This document shows, piece by piece, positions 61,081-64,000 of a stretch of DNA of 64,000 bases (positions are counted from its first letter, which is position 1; every line of letters starts with the position of its first letter). The DNA is from Mytilus edulis (lineage: Eukaryota). Below the pieces are notes generated by a model. It saw nothing but the letters and a program-made list of their open reading frames with translations, ran no database searches and was not told the origin of the DNA. The translations under genes were made by a program, and so were the position numbers. The stretch is taken from positions 40,424,001 to 40,488,000 of the forward strand of contig NC_092350.1 of NCBI RefSeq assembly GCF_963676685.1. Reading direction: 5' to 3'.

Positions 61081-62763
61081 CTAATCGATACCATCATATA
61101 TAAAATAGTCACCATAGTTATTAATAACCAATAGATGCTTGCCTTTTCTATCGAAATGAATCGCACAAGGATTTCTCAATGCATCATCTTGCGACAAAAG
61201 TATTCTGCAATGTTGTCCATCAGGTGATATCACCACAACGTGATGTGATTTTGAACAAGCAACGTCCACGTTTCCACTATTATCAACTGCTATGCCATGT
61301 GGATATTTCAATATTCTTTCATTTTTAAATGTCCAAATTTCCTTCCCGTTCATGTCACAAGACGTTACAGTTCTCGTACCATCGTTAGTATAATAAATGA
61401 TGTTATCAAAAATTTCAATATAAGACCATGAAGGTAAATCAGATCTGATGATAAGAGTACTGCTGCCGTCTAGGAGGTTAAGTTTGAAAATGCCCTCGGT
61501 GAAAGCACACACGAACAATGACCCATTGTGGTGTGTTATTCCATAGCATTTATATTTTGTTGGAATATACTTTGTTACTTTTTCTAGAGAAATATCTACT
61601 ATATTGACACCTATACGCGAACCAATATCTGACGTTGTAGCCACGGTTATATCGTCTATATATGTTACATCAAATGCATTGGCAGGCTTTACAGAGACTT
61701 TACTTGGTATCTTCCTGTTAGTACTGAAGATAGCAACATTTCCTGTACTCTGACCACTAATTGCAATATTTCCGCTAGGTAGTGCAACAATGCCTTTAAT
61801 GTCTGAAAACTCGTGTTTTATAGTTTTCACTAGCCTTAACTTAATATCACCAATGGATTTAATCCTAGTCTCTACAATTTGAGCTTCTTTATTTTTGTGT
61901 CTAATAAGGGAAAGTTTATAAGGAGTTTTCTGTAATTCCACTGACCCAAAAGTTGTAATATCATCACAAATGGTATCAATTTTGTCATCAATGTTAAGGA
62001 GTAAAGTGGTTTCATCCACGCTGTGGTCTTCAATGATCGACTGCAGGTACGACTCAGTAGTTGCTGCTTCTGACGAGATCTTCCTCAATCCAAGGTACGT
62101 TTGAAGGTCAGTACCGTACCTGTCTATGTCATGTAATTGTTTTTCAGCATGATGTGTATTAGTATTGCTGCTTTCTAGCATCTGTAATGTTTGTTTAATA
62201 CTATGATTTGATTCACTTGTTATCTCGATGATTTCATTTCTTATCTTCTTTTCCAATTTATCGAACTGGTCATTAATCTTTTTCTTTGTTTCTATGATCC
62301 GGGCTAAAATGTTTTCTTCCTGTCTCTCTAAACTTTCTTGTTGCTTCTTTAATTCACTTTGTAGAGTTTTGATGTTTTGATCAATATCTTTCAAGCTTTG
62401 TTTTGTTTCTTGGAATAGTGACGACTTTTTAACGTTTTCTAATACCTTACTAAGGGGTACTATACCTTTGCATTCATCATGATTCTCAATACATTTCAGG
62501 CAGAGAAGTTCATCGTGAGCTTTGCAAATCATTTGGTATTGTTCATTATGTTCATTGCACATATTACTCGTTTGAGAAATCGAAGACATTGCCGAGTAAT
62601 CCTGAATCGATACAGTAACGTGATGTTTGGACGACCTTGAAAAGCCATGATAATCAGTACAGTCGTCACAAAATGCTTGTTCACATTCGGGGCACCAGAC
62701 TGTGGATGGTTTTGTAATATGTCGATGATCACAGATATCACAAAGTTGGTGAGATGCCGCCAT
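61081..62763 (-). CDS. RING-less TRIM-NHL-like protein, copy 7 (560 aa)
   Basis: Intact ORF with two B-boxes, coiled coil and NHL-like repeats; acceptor TTTTTTTTCAG 10 nt upstream of the ATG. Confidence 0.92.
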   Translation of the reverse strand: MAASHQLCDICDHRHITKPSTVWCPECEQAFCDDCTDYHGFSRSSKHHVTVSIQDYSAMSSISQTSNMCNEHNEQYQMICKAHDELLCLKCIENHDECKGIVPLSKVLENVKKSSLFQETKQSLKDIDQNIKTLQSELKKQQESLERQEENILARIIETKKKINDQFDKLEKKIRNEIIEITSESNHSIKQTLQMLESSNTNTHHAEKQLHDIDRYGTDLQTYLGLRKISSEAATTESYLQSIIEDHSVDETTLLLNIDDKIDTICDDITTFGSVELQKTPYKLSLIRHKNKEAQIVETRIKSIGDIKLRLVKTIKHEFSDIKGIVALPSGNIAISGQSTGNVAIFSTNRKIPSKVSVKPANAFDVTYIDDITVATTSDIGSRIGVNIVDISLEKVTKYIPTKYKCYGITHHNGSLFVCAFTEGIFKLNLLDGSSTLIIRSDLPSWSYIEIFDNIIYYTNDGTRTVTSCDMNGKEIWTFKNERILKYPHGIAVDNSGNVDVACSKSHHVVVISPDGQHCRILLSQDDALRNPCAIHFDRKGKHLLVINNYGDYFIYDGID

Positions 62764-63547
62764 TTAAAGTATTCTGAAAAAAAAGACACTGCATATTTTC
62801 ATCACCAAGCGTTATATCGAAAAAAAACTTTAATTCTCCTTGTTTTGATCAATCTCAAAAAAAGCCTTGCAGCGAAATGTAAAATTTCGGCAGGTTTTCT
62901 GTACGGAATCTGAAAGAAACGTATTCAATATAAAAAGTTGTACCAAGGGCGCATATACGCTTTCTCACTTTAACTCGAATTAAAGTTTTGGATTAATTTA
63001 TTTGATTATCAAGAAATATTATGAACATTGCTCAAGTATAAGCCAAACCGAGCGCCCAATGCCCCAAAAAGACATGCTCACACAGTAGTTCCTATTGAAA
63101 CAAAACATGGACAATTTGACACTATTAAAGCTACCAAGTTAAAAATCGGAAACTTAAAATAAATAGTAATCAAATGGGATTAACACAAATAACCAAATTG
63201 CAGACATTGCATGACAATAGTGACAGCATTTTTGAATTATTGTTTGAAGTTTTGACGACAGATAGACGGGCGGACAACTGTATAACATAATATGTCAACA
63301 GGAAACACAAAAACGTAAACATTTCCGAGGTTGTCTGCATCATAGTAAACAAGACCTCACGAATTCATTCATTTGATTCATTTATCAAAAAAGGTTAATA
63401 CATAGATATATATAGATCGATCATTTTACACAAGAATATTGACTAAAGTGTATGAATAATCTCTGTCGTCTTGATCAAGAACAATTTGAAGAAATGTGAA
63501 AGGATAAATATTAAAACAGAAAACAATCATTTAAAAAGCATGTTTAC

Positions 63548-63636
63548 CTGCAGTCTGTTACAACACCAAATGAATGTATTCGACCAGGAAATACACACCA
63601 GGTAAATTTGATAAACTTCAAGTAATAAAACGCGGC
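63548..63636 (-). promoter_or_regulatory. Diverged promoter / non-coding exon 1 of TRIM copy 7
   Basis: CCGCG-TTTTATTA, TTTCCTGGTCGAATACATT, donor CTGCAG|GTAAAC; shortened relative to the other copies. Confidence 0.55.
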
Positions 63637-64000
63637 AGATTTTGAATTCATTGATTGATGTCAATAATCGGATAATCAAATCATACGTTCCTGCTGCAGA
63701 AACAAGGAAAGAAAATAAATACCTTGCCATTCATACCAGTGGAACAAATTAATTATTATAAATTTTCACCCCAAAGATAATTAAAACACGTACATATTTG
63801 GTAAAGTTTTATCTATTTACAAGTTTTTTGTTTACACATATCTATTGTTTAAGTTTGATAAGGTTGCGAATAATACGGTTACCATGTAAGTATAATCCAC
63901 GTTGTTCACCTTACTGTAAATACTCTTACATGGGTCTCTGGTCGGAAACTGTACGACTCTAGGTACGACTAAGGCTAAACAATGAAAACAAAAAACCATA

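Overview
AT-rich, intron-containing, repeat-dense animal genomic DNA. The repeat and gene families suggest a bivalve mollusc, Mytilus-like (inference). It holds one six-exon gene for a secreted FG-GAP-repeat protein (5433-9691, minus). The rest is a head-to-tail minus-strand array of RING-less TRIM-NHL-like genes (B-box1, B-box2, coiled coil, NHL-type beta-propeller; single coding exon). Three copies are intact (20579, 29195, 61081), one carries a single frameshift, three are pseudogenes and one is a 5' remnant. The array grew by segmental duplication and shows chimeric copies. Five copies share a core promoter and a non-coding first exon. Mobile elements between the genes include Penelope-like (Naiad-type) RT elements, a non-LTR LINE, Helentron-type elements, MITEs, tRNA-derived SINEs and minimal hammerhead ribozymes. 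Most notable: (1) a Penelope-like element with a canonical SECIS in its 3' UTR and an in-frame TGA at a putative Cys position; (2) a covarying, apparently pseudoknotted RNA motif shared by several unrelated repeat families; (3) a tandem hammerhead repeat predicting a 532-nt retrozyme RNA. All structures and alignments were done by eye.
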